Assembly: GCA_021773195.1 (NCBI GenBank)
Contig: JAJFKN010000028.1
Span: 18,533 to 82,532 of the forward strand
DNA from: Gammaproteobacteria bacterium
GTDB taxonomy: Bacteria; Pseudomonadota; Gammaproteobacteria; JAKBBU01
Direction of reading: 5' to 3'
Length of the DNA: 64,000 nucleotides
Position numbers and translations under genes: made by a program. Each line of letters opens with the position of its first letter. Position 1 is the stretch's first letter. Shown here piece after piece: positions 52,016 through 60,776 of the stretch. The notes beneath the pieces were generated by a model that was not told the DNA's origin, did no database searches, and saw nothing but the letters and a program-made list of their open reading frames with translations.

Positions 52016-52108
52016 TTTGAAGAGTAGATCTAGCTAATTACTTGCATGCATTCTACAATAGTCAATTATAATATTTAAACGACAACTTTGCCAATATTGG
52101 ATTAAGCC

Positions 52109-53344
52109 ATGGCGTCCCGAGAGACATATCAATTCTCTGTGATTTTATTCATTGTCTTCATTGGTTTAATGGGCACAGCCTTACCCTATCCTATTTTTGC
52201 TCCCATGTTTTTACATCCGACATCAGAAAGCATCATCCCCCAATCCTGGTCCTTGGCTCATCGTGGTATTTTATTAGCCGTCACTCTGTCAGCTTTTTCT
52301 TTCGGGCAGTTCATCGGCTCTCCCATTATTGGCCGTTTAGCTGACATCTTTGGACGTCGAAAAATATTGCTCTACAGTTTATGCCTTACCTTACTCACCT
52401 ATATACTGACAGCTTTTGCTATTGATTGGTCATCGGTTTCTTTACTTATTTTCTTTCGTTTCTTCACGGGAGCATTCGAAGGCAATATCCCCTTAGCTCG
52501 CTCCATTGCTGCCGATTATACGACCATTCATAAACATATTAGTTTTGGCAGTATTTCCGCGGTTTCTGCCATAGGTTACATTTTCGGGCCTATTTTAGGT
52601 GGCATCTTTTCCGATGAAAAATTAGTAGGTTGGTTTAGCTATGCAATACCTTTTTACTTTTCTGCATTTTTATTATTGATAGCGGTAGTAGCCGTTATCT
52701 TCACCGTAAGAGAAAGTTACACACCAACGCGCACCCATGACAACATGTTAAAACTGTTAAATCCTTTAGGTCGCATAGGTGAATTTAAAGCCACGCCTAA
52801 CTTGCTTAAATTAATCTTTATTTGCAGCATTTTCACGCTTTCGGTCGATATGTATTACCAATATTCCCCCGTTTATTTAGCCGGCTATTGGGATTTACAG
52901 CCCTCGGCCATCGCTCTATTTAATGCCGCCATGGCCGTTGCTATGGCTATCAGTTGTGGCTGGTTAGCGTATCTATTCTCCCGCTACTTTAGTATTCGCT
53001 ATACGGTATTAGTTGCTATGGGCTTCTATGCAGTAATTCTTTGCCTATTATTTTTGAGTCATAGCTTAAGCCTTACTTTAGGGCTCTTCTTCGCCATTGG
53101 CTTTGCTATTTCCTTTGTCGTCACGAACATTCCCATTGAAATTTCCAATGTATCAGGCCCCGATATTCAAGGGGAAGTCATGGGTGTCTTATGGGGCATT
53201 CGCACTTTTGGCGACGGTTGCATTTCTTTGATAGGTGGTATTTTAATTATTTTTTCTTTCCGCGCGCCCTTCTTATTTTCTATGGTCATCACCCTAATTA
53301 GCATGTTTGGCTACTGGGCTTGGTTTATGAAAAAACCTCAATGA
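52109..53344 (+). CDS. MFS-family transporter (12 TM)
   Basis: 411 aa with 12 hydrophobic segments. The MFS loop motif GRLADIFGRRKIL lies between TM2 and TM3. Confidence 0.75.
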   Translation: MASRETYQFSVILFIVFIGLMGTALPYPIFAPMFLHPTSESIIPQSWSLAHRGILLAVTLSAFSFGQFIGSPIIGRLADIFGRRKILLYSLCLTLLTYILTAFAIDWSSVSLLIFFRFFTGAFEGNIPLARSIAADYTTIHKHISFGSISAVSAIGYIFGPILGGIFSDEKLVGWFSYAIPFYFSAFLLLIAVVAVIFTVRESYTPTRTHDNMLKLLNPLGRIGEFKATPNLLKLIFICSIFTLSVDMYYQYSPVYLAGYWDLQPSAIALFNAAMAVAMAISCGWLAYLFSRYFSIRYTVLVAMGFYAVILCLLFLSHSLSLTLGLFFAIGFAISFVVTNIPIEISNVSGPDIQGEVMGVLWGIRTFGDGCISLIGGILIIFSFRAPFLFSMVITLISMFGYWAWFMKKPQ

Positions 53345-54327
53345 TCACCGCAGTCCACATGTTCACAGGCACCCATTTCCACTTGGATCGTTGCATGATC
53401 AATTTTAAAATGATGTTCTAAATGTTCGTTGATTTCAGCGTATTGTGCGTCACTGAACGTGCCTTTCGGATGCACTACATGCGCCGTTAAAGCAGCCCCT
53501 TTTGTACTTAATCCCCAAATATGCAGATCATGTACGTCGCAACCACCATTAAAATTTTCTAAGTAAGCTTTAACACCTTTAGCATCAACCCAATGGGGCA
53601 CGGCATCCATAATCAAATTCACAGAATCCCGTAACAATCCCCAGGTTCCGATAACAATCGCCACAACGATAGCTATCCCCACGATGGGATCCAGAGCATA
53701 CCAACCCGTCCAAAGAATCACGGCACCCGTTATCACTACGCCTACTGAAATTAAAGCGTCGGCGGCTAAATGCATGAATGCGCCTTTGATATTAATATCA
53801 TCTTTGCTACCACGAGCAAATAACATGGCTGTAGCACCATTCACAAAAATACCAATGGCTGCCACAATCATTACCGTGGGTTCGTGAACAGCCGCGGGAT
53901 GCATTAATTTTTCGATGGATTCACGCAGGATAATGGCTGATGCAAGAATTAATAAAATGGCATTACCTAAGGCTGCCAAAATGGTCGTTCGTTTATACCC
54001 ATAACTGAACTTTCTGCTGGGTTTTATAGTTAATAGCCAACTGGCAATCCAAGCCATCAACAATCCCAGGACATCCCCTAGGTTATGACCTGCATCGGCC
54101 AAAAGAGACATGGAATGGGCCATGATGGCATAAAATGCTTCAATTCCCGTAAAGGCTAAATTTGCGAGGACGGCAATGGCAAAAGCGCGATTGAAATTAT
54201 CCGGCGCATGATGATGATGGCCGTGGCCATGATGATGGTGATGATTATCCTGATGATCGTGCCCATGATGGTGGCCCATTTTTGACCTCTTTGTGCTATT
54301 GGTTGAAATCGGCAAATATTTAACCAA
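53338..54327 (-). CDS. Cation diffusion facilitator (CzcD/ZitB-like) with His-rich N-terminal extension
   Basis: The N-terminus is GHHHGHDHQDNHHHHHGHGHHHH, followed by 6 TM helices with CDF signature residues (H/D in TM2 and TM5) and a C-terminal cytoplasmic domain. Confidence 0.88.
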   Translation of the reverse strand: MVKYLPISTNSTKRSKMGHHHGHDHQDNHHHHHGHGHHHHAPDNFNRAFAIAVLANLAFTGIEAFYAIMAHSMSLLADAGHNLGDVLGLLMAWIASWLLTIKPSRKFSYGYKRTTILAALGNAILLILASAIILRESIEKLMHPAAVHEPTVMIVAAIGIFVNGATAMLFARGSKDDINIKGAFMHLAADALISVGVVITGAVILWTGWYALDPIVGIAIVVAIVIGTWGLLRDSVNLIMDAVPHWVDAKGVKAYLENFNGGCDVHDLHIWGLSTKGAALTAHVVHPKGTFSDAQYAEINEHLEHHFKIDHATIQVEMGACEHVDCGDH

Positions 54328-54436
54328 TTATTTCAGCATTTACTGCCCTTCTCATGACTGTCTTCAAAAGGCCAATTCCATTATAATCTGTTTTTTGATT
54401 GAACCGTGGCGCCTGCCCAGATAGGCATTTACCTAA

Positions 54437-55255
54437 TTGAGGACTGTCATGCATAATTCCCCAGACCATAACAAATCTGAACCTAAAAGGCCACGGGATT
54501 TAGTCCCAAAAGCCCCTCGTGGTGTCTCTTGGCCACATTTTGAAACTAAGGATGAGGGATTAGATCAAGGGATCAATCCCTTGTTAGGAAAAGCCGCCCC
54601 CATACTGCGCCAAATCACATCTCTTAGTACCACGCATCCCGGCATAGAATTACCTCAATTGCAGAGCCAATTGCTCGAAACGCTTAATGTTTTTGAGCTC
54701 AATGCGCGCCATGTAGGCTACGCCACAGAAAGTATCCTCTTAGGACGCTTTATTCTGTTTGCCGTTATGGATGAATGCATTATCCATAGTACTTGGATTG
54801 AAGATAATGCCTGGGATGAATACCAGCTAACAAAAACGCTCCACGGCAGTGTCGATGGCAATCAGCGTTTTTTTCAAATTTTAGAGAAAATCATTTTAGA
54901 ACCAAAATTTTATTTAGACCTTTTGGAATTAATGTACATCTGCTTGAGCTTAGGCTTCGAAGGCCCTTACCGCTACGAAGACCGAGGCAGCCAACAATTG
55001 CGCGCCATCACAGATGATCTTTACCAAATTATTTGTCGTCAACGGGGGGATTATGATTTAGCCATTTCTCCCTCCACCAAAAGTCGCTATAAACCCCACA
55101 ATCCTCAACTCAAACCACCTTTACGTCTGGGCCGATTAACCCTCACAATGGGTTTGATTTTAATTGCTATTTACTCTGGCTTTACGCTATTAACCAATGC
55201 GGTTTATACCCCTGTTTATCATGATATATTGCATTTAACTCAATATATCCCTTAA
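54437..55255 (+). CDS. dotU: DotU/IcmH (TssL)-family protein
   Basis: 272 aa with a ~220-aa cytoplasmic domain and a single C-terminal TM (LTLTMGLILIAIYSGFTLL). It lies immediately upstream of an IcmF-family gene. The family call is from architecture plus partial motif recall. Confidence 0.6.
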   Translation: MRTVMHNSPDHNKSEPKRPRDLVPKAPRGVSWPHFETKDEGLDQGINPLLGKAAPILRQITSLSTTHPGIELPQLQSQLLETLNVFELNARHVGYATESILLGRFILFAVMDECIIHSTWIEDNAWDEYQLTKTLHGSVDGNQRFFQILEKIILEPKFYLDLLELMYICLSLGFEGPYRYEDRGSQQLRAITDDLYQIICRQRGDYDLAISPSTKSRYKPHNPQLKPPLRLGRLTLTMGLILIAIYSGFTLLTNAVYTPVYHDILHLTQYIP

Positions 55256-55271
55256 AGAATTTGGAAGACTT

Positions 55272-57242
55272 ATGCGACCTTTACGTTTAATACTCTTATT
55301 ATTAATCCTCACTCTTGCCTTAGGCATCTGGTTTGCAGGCCCCCTTCTGCAGATTCAACACTATTACCCTTTGTTGAGCGGCACAAACCGCTTGCTATTA
55401 ATCCTAATATTATTTACTTCCTGGGCTGCCATGGATCTCTGGCGTGAAAAAGACCAAAAAAAACCCAGCAAAGCCAACAATGCTGCGTATCGCCTGGAAC
55501 AACTTTTTTCCGGAGCGGTGGAATTTCTTCGCCAAAAGAATCTTTTTGAAAAACCTTGGTATTATATGCTTGGTCCAACGGGCGCAGGGAAAACGGCTCT
55601 TATTGCTAATTCTGAACATCCCTTCTTATTATCTAAAAAAATTGACTGGGGTACTCCCAATCCTATTGCCGCCACCAAACATTGTGAATGGTGGGCCAGT
55701 CGCCAAGCTGTTATGGTGGATATGTCGGGCACCTACTGTGTGAATGGTGGTTCTGCAAAAAATTTATGGAAAAGCCTCTTACGCTTAACCCAACGTTTTC
55801 GTGGAAAACGCGGCATTAATGGTGTTATTCTAACCTTAGATATCACCGCTTATTCGCAATTATCCAAACGCCGAAAACTCCAAATGACACAAAGTCTAAA
55901 AAGCCGTATCAAAGAATTGCAACAACAGTTCTCTTTGAATTTACCCATTTACCTCACCCTAACAAAATGCGATAAAATTCCAGGATTTTTAGAATTCTTT
56001 GCGGGATTATCTCGTCTCGAGCGGAAGCAAGTTTGGGGTATGACTTTTTCATCTTTAGAGCCACAGGATACCTTCACCCTTACTCAACAATTGGATGAAG
56101 AATTTGAGGGTCTATTAAAACGTTTAAATGATCGCGTGATTGTTCGTTTACACCAAGAACATAACCCACTAAAACGTGCGCTCATTCTAGACTTCCCCTC
56201 TCAACTGGCTAATCTTAAACAAGCCTTAATGGAAGTACTTCCCCGCTTAATGCCTGAAACAAATAATAGCCTTTATCAATTACGCGGAGTCTATCTCACC
56301 AGCGCCATGCAACAAGGCCGTGGATCCTATGAATTAACCTCTTCTCTTGCACAAAGTACGGCATTGCAACAACATGATTTACAACCTCATACCAACCCCC
56401 ACAAAAGTTTTTTTATTCCACAATTATTGAATACTATTATTTTCCATGAAGCTAACTTAGTTTACCCTAAGAAAATACGCAGCAAAGTAAGCCACTGGCC
56501 AAAGCGTCTGGCCTATGGTTGCAGCCTGGGAATTATTTTGGCTTTTACCGGCTATTGGTCACAAAACTTTTTACAAGCGCTACAAAAAACGGGCACCATT
56601 GAAACCACTTTGGCCCAATATCGAGGTTTGTTGGAGAACTTGCCTGATAATGATGTAGCAAAGTTACTCCCTGCTTTTAATATGTTACAAAAGACCAATA
56701 CAGAAATTGCGGCCCTGCACACACCGCGAGTGATTAAATACATGCATAATGGCCATGTCATTGGAGATTATGCGCAAGGCAGTTATGAGAAATCCCTGCA
56801 AACGCTTTTCTTACCTACCGTGGGCAAGCAGTTAGAGACCGTCATCAACAGCGGAAAATTCACTTCACAAGATCAAATGTATGGTGCTTTAGCCACTTAT
56901 ATGATGTTAGTACAACCCATGAGTCTCAATAAACAAATCGTTACTCGATGGTTAGGTGGCTACTGGCAGCATCATTACAAGAATGAAAAGACCGTCGCCC
57001 AATTGAATCAATTATTAAGTGATGCCCTGTCAGAGGATGTAGAAGCCATTCCCTTGAACCCAAAAATCGCCAGCATTGCTGACAGTGCTATGACACAGTT
57101 GACTCATCCAGGCGATAAACCTAAGAGTAAACCTCTTAAGCCGAGCAGGCCTGAGCCTCAAGCGACTGCTTCACCTACATCACAACAACCAATGGTGATG
57201 CAAGAAGAACAGCCGAATTATGGGAATATCACCATGAGCTAA
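55272..57242 (+). CDS. icmF: IcmF (TssM)-family inner-membrane NTPase, unusually short (656 aa)
   Basis: Two N-terminal TM helices are followed by a cytoplasmic Walker-A loop (MLGPTGAGKTALI), a third TM (~aa 410-430) and a ~225-aa periplasmic tail. This is the IcmF/TssM topology, but the periplasmic domain is much shorter than in canonical 950-1100-aa members. Confidence 0.55.
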   Translation: MRPLRLILLLLILTLALGIWFAGPLLQIQHYYPLLSGTNRLLLILILFTSWAAMDLWREKDQKKPSKANNAAYRLEQLFSGAVEFLRQKNLFEKPWYYMLGPTGAGKTALIANSEHPFLLSKKIDWGTPNPIAATKHCEWWASRQAVMVDMSGTYCVNGGSAKNLWKSLLRLTQRFRGKRGINGVILTLDITAYSQLSKRRKLQMTQSLKSRIKELQQQFSLNLPIYLTLTKCDKIPGFLEFFAGLSRLERKQVWGMTFSSLEPQDTFTLTQQLDEEFEGLLKRLNDRVIVRLHQEHNPLKRALILDFPSQLANLKQALMEVLPRLMPETNNSLYQLRGVYLTSAMQQGRGSYELTSSLAQSTALQQHDLQPHTNPHKSFFIPQLLNTIIFHEANLVYPKKIRSKVSHWPKRLAYGCSLGIILAFTGYWSQNFLQALQKTGTIETTLAQYRGLLENLPDNDVAKLLPAFNMLQKTNTEIAALHTPRVIKYMHNGHVIGDYAQGSYEKSLQTLFLPTVGKQLETVINSGKFTSQDQMYGALATYMMLVQPMSLNKQIVTRWLGGYWQHHYKNEKTVAQLNQLLSDALSEDVEAIPLNPKIASIADSAMTQLTHPGDKPKSKPLKPSRPEPQATASPTSQQPMVMQEEQPNYGNITMS

Positions 57243-57288
57243 GGGCTTGTCGCCAGTATATATAGGTACAGAGGCAGAAAGTCTATGA

Positions 57289-58263
57289 TTACATAGATTT
57301 TTCTGAAAGCTGAGAAACTAATTCAATGACGTCAGGATCAACACCCTTTTCACGAAGAAAATCCGTCACTTTATTCATACCCTTTTGTATGCCTTCCTGC
57401 ATGCCTTTCTGGATACCTTTCTGGATGCCTTTCTGGATGCCTTTCTGGATGCCTTCTTCACGCCCTATCTCTATGCCTTCTTCGCGCCATTGTTCTACCA
57501 ATGTCATAATGCCATCCTCCAAACGCTTCGAGCGTTTATGCTCATAATAAATACCATCAAAGATTTTTGTTGGAATATCCACACCCGTACAAAAATATTG
57601 TAGCACAAAATTTCCATATTCTTCACTATCCATCCCCGTAAGATTGTCCACCATCGTTAATAATAACGGCAATGAACGAACCGCTTCTTTATCTCGGATA
57701 TGCTTAAATGCAAAACATAAAACACCGGCCCACCCATATTGAAGAAACTCATGATCAACCATCTCATGAAGATTAAAGACACTGGGTGATAAATAACCAT
57801 CAGATTGATTCCACCCCATAGGATCATGGATTAATTCTTTCAAACTTGTGGCTGCAATATAGTTCTTTTGTCCATGATAGAGAATAACCCCATGGATAAA
57901 TGGAATCGGCGCCACATCGCATTCTCTACGTTGCGAGAAGGCCATATTATAAATAGCATGTTTGTAGCGTTCTATACGCAAAACCATCTTATGATCCAAA
58001 GAACTTTGATGCTCAATTATGACTACCATAAAATCTTCACGGTTTTTATAATTGACAGAAAAGACGGAATCAGAGATGGTTTTTTGTAAGTCCTCATTCA
58101 CACAACTTTCCTTTAACTGACGAATATCTTTCAAATCTAATTCATCTTTAAAGTGATCAAGTAAAATCATTCCCAGTAACGAATGGTAAAAATATGGGAA
58201 TTTCAAAGCGTAATGAAAGGCTTTGTCGTGTAGTTGTATAGCATCTTTGAAAATTCTCTTCAC
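57289..58263 (-). CDS. Rpn-family (YhgA-like, PD-(D/E)XK) recombination-promoting nuclease / putative transposase with C-terminal (GIQK)n repeats
   Basis: The conserved core DFMVVIIEHQSS is followed by a C-terminal tail of tandem GIQKG/GMQEG repeats, typical of Rpn/YhgA proteins. Confidence 0.6.
   Translation of the reverse strand: MKRIFKDAIQLHDKAFHYALKFPYFYHSLLGMILLDHFKDELDLKDIRQLKESCVNEDLQKTISDSVFSVNYKNREDFMVVIIEHQSSLDHKMVLRIERYKHAIYNMAFSQRRECDVAPIPFIHGVILYHGQKNYIAATSLKELIHDPMGWNQSDGYLSPSVFNLHEMVDHEFLQYGWAGVLCFAFKHIRDKEAVRSLPLLLTMVDNLTGMDSEEYGNFVLQYFCTGVDIPTKIFDGIYYEHKRSKRLEDGIMTLVEQWREEGIEIGREEGIQKGIQKGIQKGIQKGMQEGIQKGMNKVTDFLREKGVDPDVIELVSQLSEKSM
57390..57462. repeat. Tandem 12-nt repeat (GCCTTTCTGGAT)n, ~4 perfect plus flanking degenerate units, inside the Rpn gene
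   Basis: Seen directly in the sequence. It encodes the (I/M)QKG repeats at the C-terminus of the Rpn-family protein. Confidence 0.8.
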
Positions 58264-58435
58264 AGGCTGATTCTCAGAAATCCATCACTGAGAACCAGTA
58301 TGCATGAAATCTAGGGGCATAGTGTAAGCATTATCCCTTTCACCATCTAATGCTTTAGCGACTTGCAATATTTTCCTGGATCCCACGGTCAAGCCGCAGG
58401 ATAAAGGCGCAATAGTTTGGAAAAAGGATTAGGAA

Positions 58436-59443
58436 TTATAAACGTGAGCGGGGTGTCGTGGCTTTTAGGTATTCGGCGTATTGAAGGCGTGCCGAAAAAT
58501 CTTCGTCATTTTCACCGCTTTCTGCAGTCGCTTGATTCAATGCATCATCGGTTAACTCGATCTTTCTTTCTTCATATTTACTCTTACACTGCGCAAAAAG
58601 TCCGGCACTACTCTTACTCTCATAGTTAGACATGATTCTAGTGGCTTCTGCATTTTCCCAACTAGGAAGTACTGCCTCAGCTGAATGCCGAACCACATCA
58701 ACTGGAGAGCCTGTATGCAATCCACGAACGACTCCCGCAACCTTTGTCAGTTTTTGTAAAGCGGTATCACCAGCATATCCCGTAATATTTCTGAGAGCAG
58801 GTACATCGCTTTCACACGCATCTCTAGCAACACTTATACTGATCATAGCATCATCGTTACGTTCCCAATGGATACCGCTGTTGTAGATCGTCACGGTTGC
58901 ATAATTTCCTGGGGCAGAATCTGCACCCAACACTTCCACATTTACGCGGCGACCACTCGTCGTATCAACAACACCAAACCCCAAGGGCCTAGCTAAATAT
59001 TCTTCTAACTGATCTACGTTAAGGGTTAAATAACTATCTTGGTCTGTATCCACTATAGAACAGCCAAGTTCAATCCCTTGCGTATGCATAAACGCTCGCA
59101 ACACAGGGCCCATAATAACTTGCTGTGCATAGCTATTGTGATGTAATTTTGTGGTGAGGAGTAAATGAAAATTCGTCCAAGTGAAGTCGCCGTCAATGCC
59201 ATAGTGTCTAGCGAAGGTAGTTTTTAATTCTTCATAGGCCCCTTGGCGAGCCTCTAATTCTTCCATTACCTCTGTAACGTGCCCACTTTTTTGGCTAGCG
59301 AAATAAACAACTGCCCGAAGAATTTCAGGTACAAAACAATGTACACCGCAGTTATTTAAAAAACCGGAAATTTGGAGTTCGCGGGCAGGCAAAGAAGCGA
59401 ATGTATCGCTGCCCGTGCCGCCTGATCTACTATGGTCGTACAT
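58436..59443 (-). CDS. Hypothetical protein; candidate secreted (Dot/Icm-type) effector
   Basis: 335 aa with no recognisable family. An N-terminal Cys/His-containing segment (GFLNNCGVHCF) is present. The C-terminal 30 aa are enriched in Glu/Asp (TAESGENDEDFSARLQYAEYLKATTPRSRL), reminiscent of the E-block translocation signal of Legionella effectors. The gene is flanked by two Rpn-family nuclease genes. Confidence 0.45.
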   Translation of the reverse strand: MYDHSRSGGTGSDTFASLPARELQISGFLNNCGVHCFVPEILRAVVYFASQKSGHVTEVMEELEARQGAYEELKTTFARHYGIDGDFTWTNFHLLLTTKLHHNSYAQQVIMGPVLRAFMHTQGIELGCSIVDTDQDSYLTLNVDQLEEYLARPLGFGVVDTTSGRRVNVEVLGADSAPGNYATVTIYNSGIHWERNDDAMISISVARDACESDVPALRNITGYAGDTALQKLTKVAGVVRGLHTGSPVDVVRHSAEAVLPSWENAEATRIMSNYESKSSAGLFAQCKSKYEERKIELTDDALNQATAESGENDEDFSARLQYAEYLKATTPRSRL

Positions 59444-59653
59444 AGCCTAACCCTCAAATCTAATAAATTCTTATGGATAGCTATCCTTGCTAGATACTCA
59501 TTTTCATCGGTCCTTCAAGGGATTATTGTACAGGATTACCCCAAAAAGTAAAGCATTCGCGCCCTTTATACGGGGGTATAGGCTGAGGGAGGCCTAAGCC
59601 ATTTGCTGAGGGTTATTGAGCCAAAGGCAACCTATTGTTTTATATTGATTTTC

Positions 59654-60682
59654 TTAAGAGCTCTCTTCGGTGGCCTTTTCACCCATATGACTCATAATGG
59701 CTGCCACTTTCGCTTTATCCACACCTTCGCGGGCCATACTCTCAGCGACCCTACCCAACGCACTGGCTTCACCCCGGGCTTCACCTTGGGTCTCACCTTC
59801 ACGATATCCCTTCTCATACAAACCTTGAGCTAATGATTTCATCGTTTCATCCTCCAGCGTATTCCTGTTTTCCAATACACGAATTAAATCCCAAATTTCA
59901 TCGGTGTTCATACACTTCATGGCATAGTATACAATACGCCTAGCCTCTATGGCAGAACCTTCAGACTTTTTCATTAACTGACTTAACTGTTCTATCAAAT
60001 GAATGAACTTTTTTTGCGGTACATACTTCATAGTCATTTCCATCAAACCCAATAAAGGTCTCTGCTTTATATTTTCATCAGAAATTTTGGAGATATCCAC
60101 TAATTGGATGGGACGCTTATAAATACTTTTCGCGATAGCTCCCGTCCGATCAAAAGCAGGGAATAAAGCCGTAGATTGATTGTATTTTACAGTACCATTA
60201 TAAAAAATCATGGGATGTATTTGAGGTAATGTCTCATGACGCTTATAATGATCCGACATTAAGCGGTTGATGTAACAAAATACTCGCCAAGGCAAACCGG
60301 ACACAGGCGAACTTTGATGTTCCACTAATAAATAAAACAAACCTGGGCCTTCTCGATATTTTACTTGATAAACCATATCGGAATGACGATTGATTAAACG
60401 CCCATCCACAAAATTCCGATTAGCTAAAGACAAACTATCCAAATTTAATGTTTGTTTAATCTCATCGGGCAAATAACATTGAAAAAATTCCTTAGCCAAA
60501 CGTGAGCGAAACATAAGCTTTTTAAAAAACTCATCGTGTAATAGAGTGAGCGTTGATTCCATTAACCAATTTTCCTTATCCAACCATGACACTACTGTAA
60601 GAGAAAAGGCGACCGCAGTCTGTAGGACAATTTGATCAAAAAATAAACTGACATCCCTCCATTGCCTTATAACATGAGGCAT
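59654..60682 (-). CDS. Rpn-family (YhgA-like, PD-(D/E)XK) recombination-promoting nuclease / putative transposase
   Basis: The N-terminal motif DEFFKKLMFRSRLAKEFFQCYLP, the core YLLVEHQSS and a C-terminal Gly/Glu-rich repeat tail (EKGYREGETQGEARGEA) are present. Confidence 0.7.
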   Translation of the reverse strand: MPHVIRQWRDVSLFFDQIVLQTAVAFSLTVVSWLDKENWLMESTLTLLHDEFFKKLMFRSRLAKEFFQCYLPDEIKQTLNLDSLSLANRNFVDGRLINRHSDMVYQVKYREGPGLFYLLVEHQSSPVSGLPWRVFCYINRLMSDHYKRHETLPQIHPMIFYNGTVKYNQSTALFPAFDRTGAIAKSIYKRPIQLVDISKISDENIKQRPLLGLMEMTMKYVPQKKFIHLIEQLSQLMKKSEGSAIEARRIVYYAMKCMNTDEIWDLIRVLENRNTLEDETMKSLAQGLYEKGYREGETQGEARGEASALGRVAESMAREGVDKAKVAAIMSHMGEKATEESS

Positions 60683-60776
60683 TCCAAATGCATTTAAAAT
60701 TTAGTGCAAATAACCCTTGAAAGTTCTCATTTCGTTCTCTATGATAAAAGCTAACGGGAACGAAAGGAGAACGTAA

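Noticed and set aside
54437-57242. Possibility that the DotU/IcmF pair marks a type VI secretion locus.
   Set aside because: No other tss genes (tssA-K, hcp, vgrG, clpV) are present in the surrounding 10 kb. This is more consistent with an IcmH/IcmF-type accessory pair or an orphan remnant.
57243-57288. Idea that icmF was truncated by insertion of the Rpn-containing block.
   Set aside because: icmF ends at a clean stop codon. No icmF-like remainder is found downstream of the block (mltA follows), so a naturally short IcmF is more parsimonious.
57390-57462. Tandem repeats considered as a possible CRISPR array. The His-codon run in the CDF gene (54190-54290) was considered for the same reason.
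   Set aside because: The 57390-57462 units are only 12 nt long, have no spacers and lie inside a coding sequence. The 54190-54290 tract is a His-codon run. No repeat-spacer architecture exists in the window.
60751-60765. GAAC-N7-GAAC as a bona fide LexA operator.
   Set aside because: It overlaps the AGGAG ribosome-binding site of lexA and could be coincidental. It is kept only as a hypothesis inside the lexA finding.
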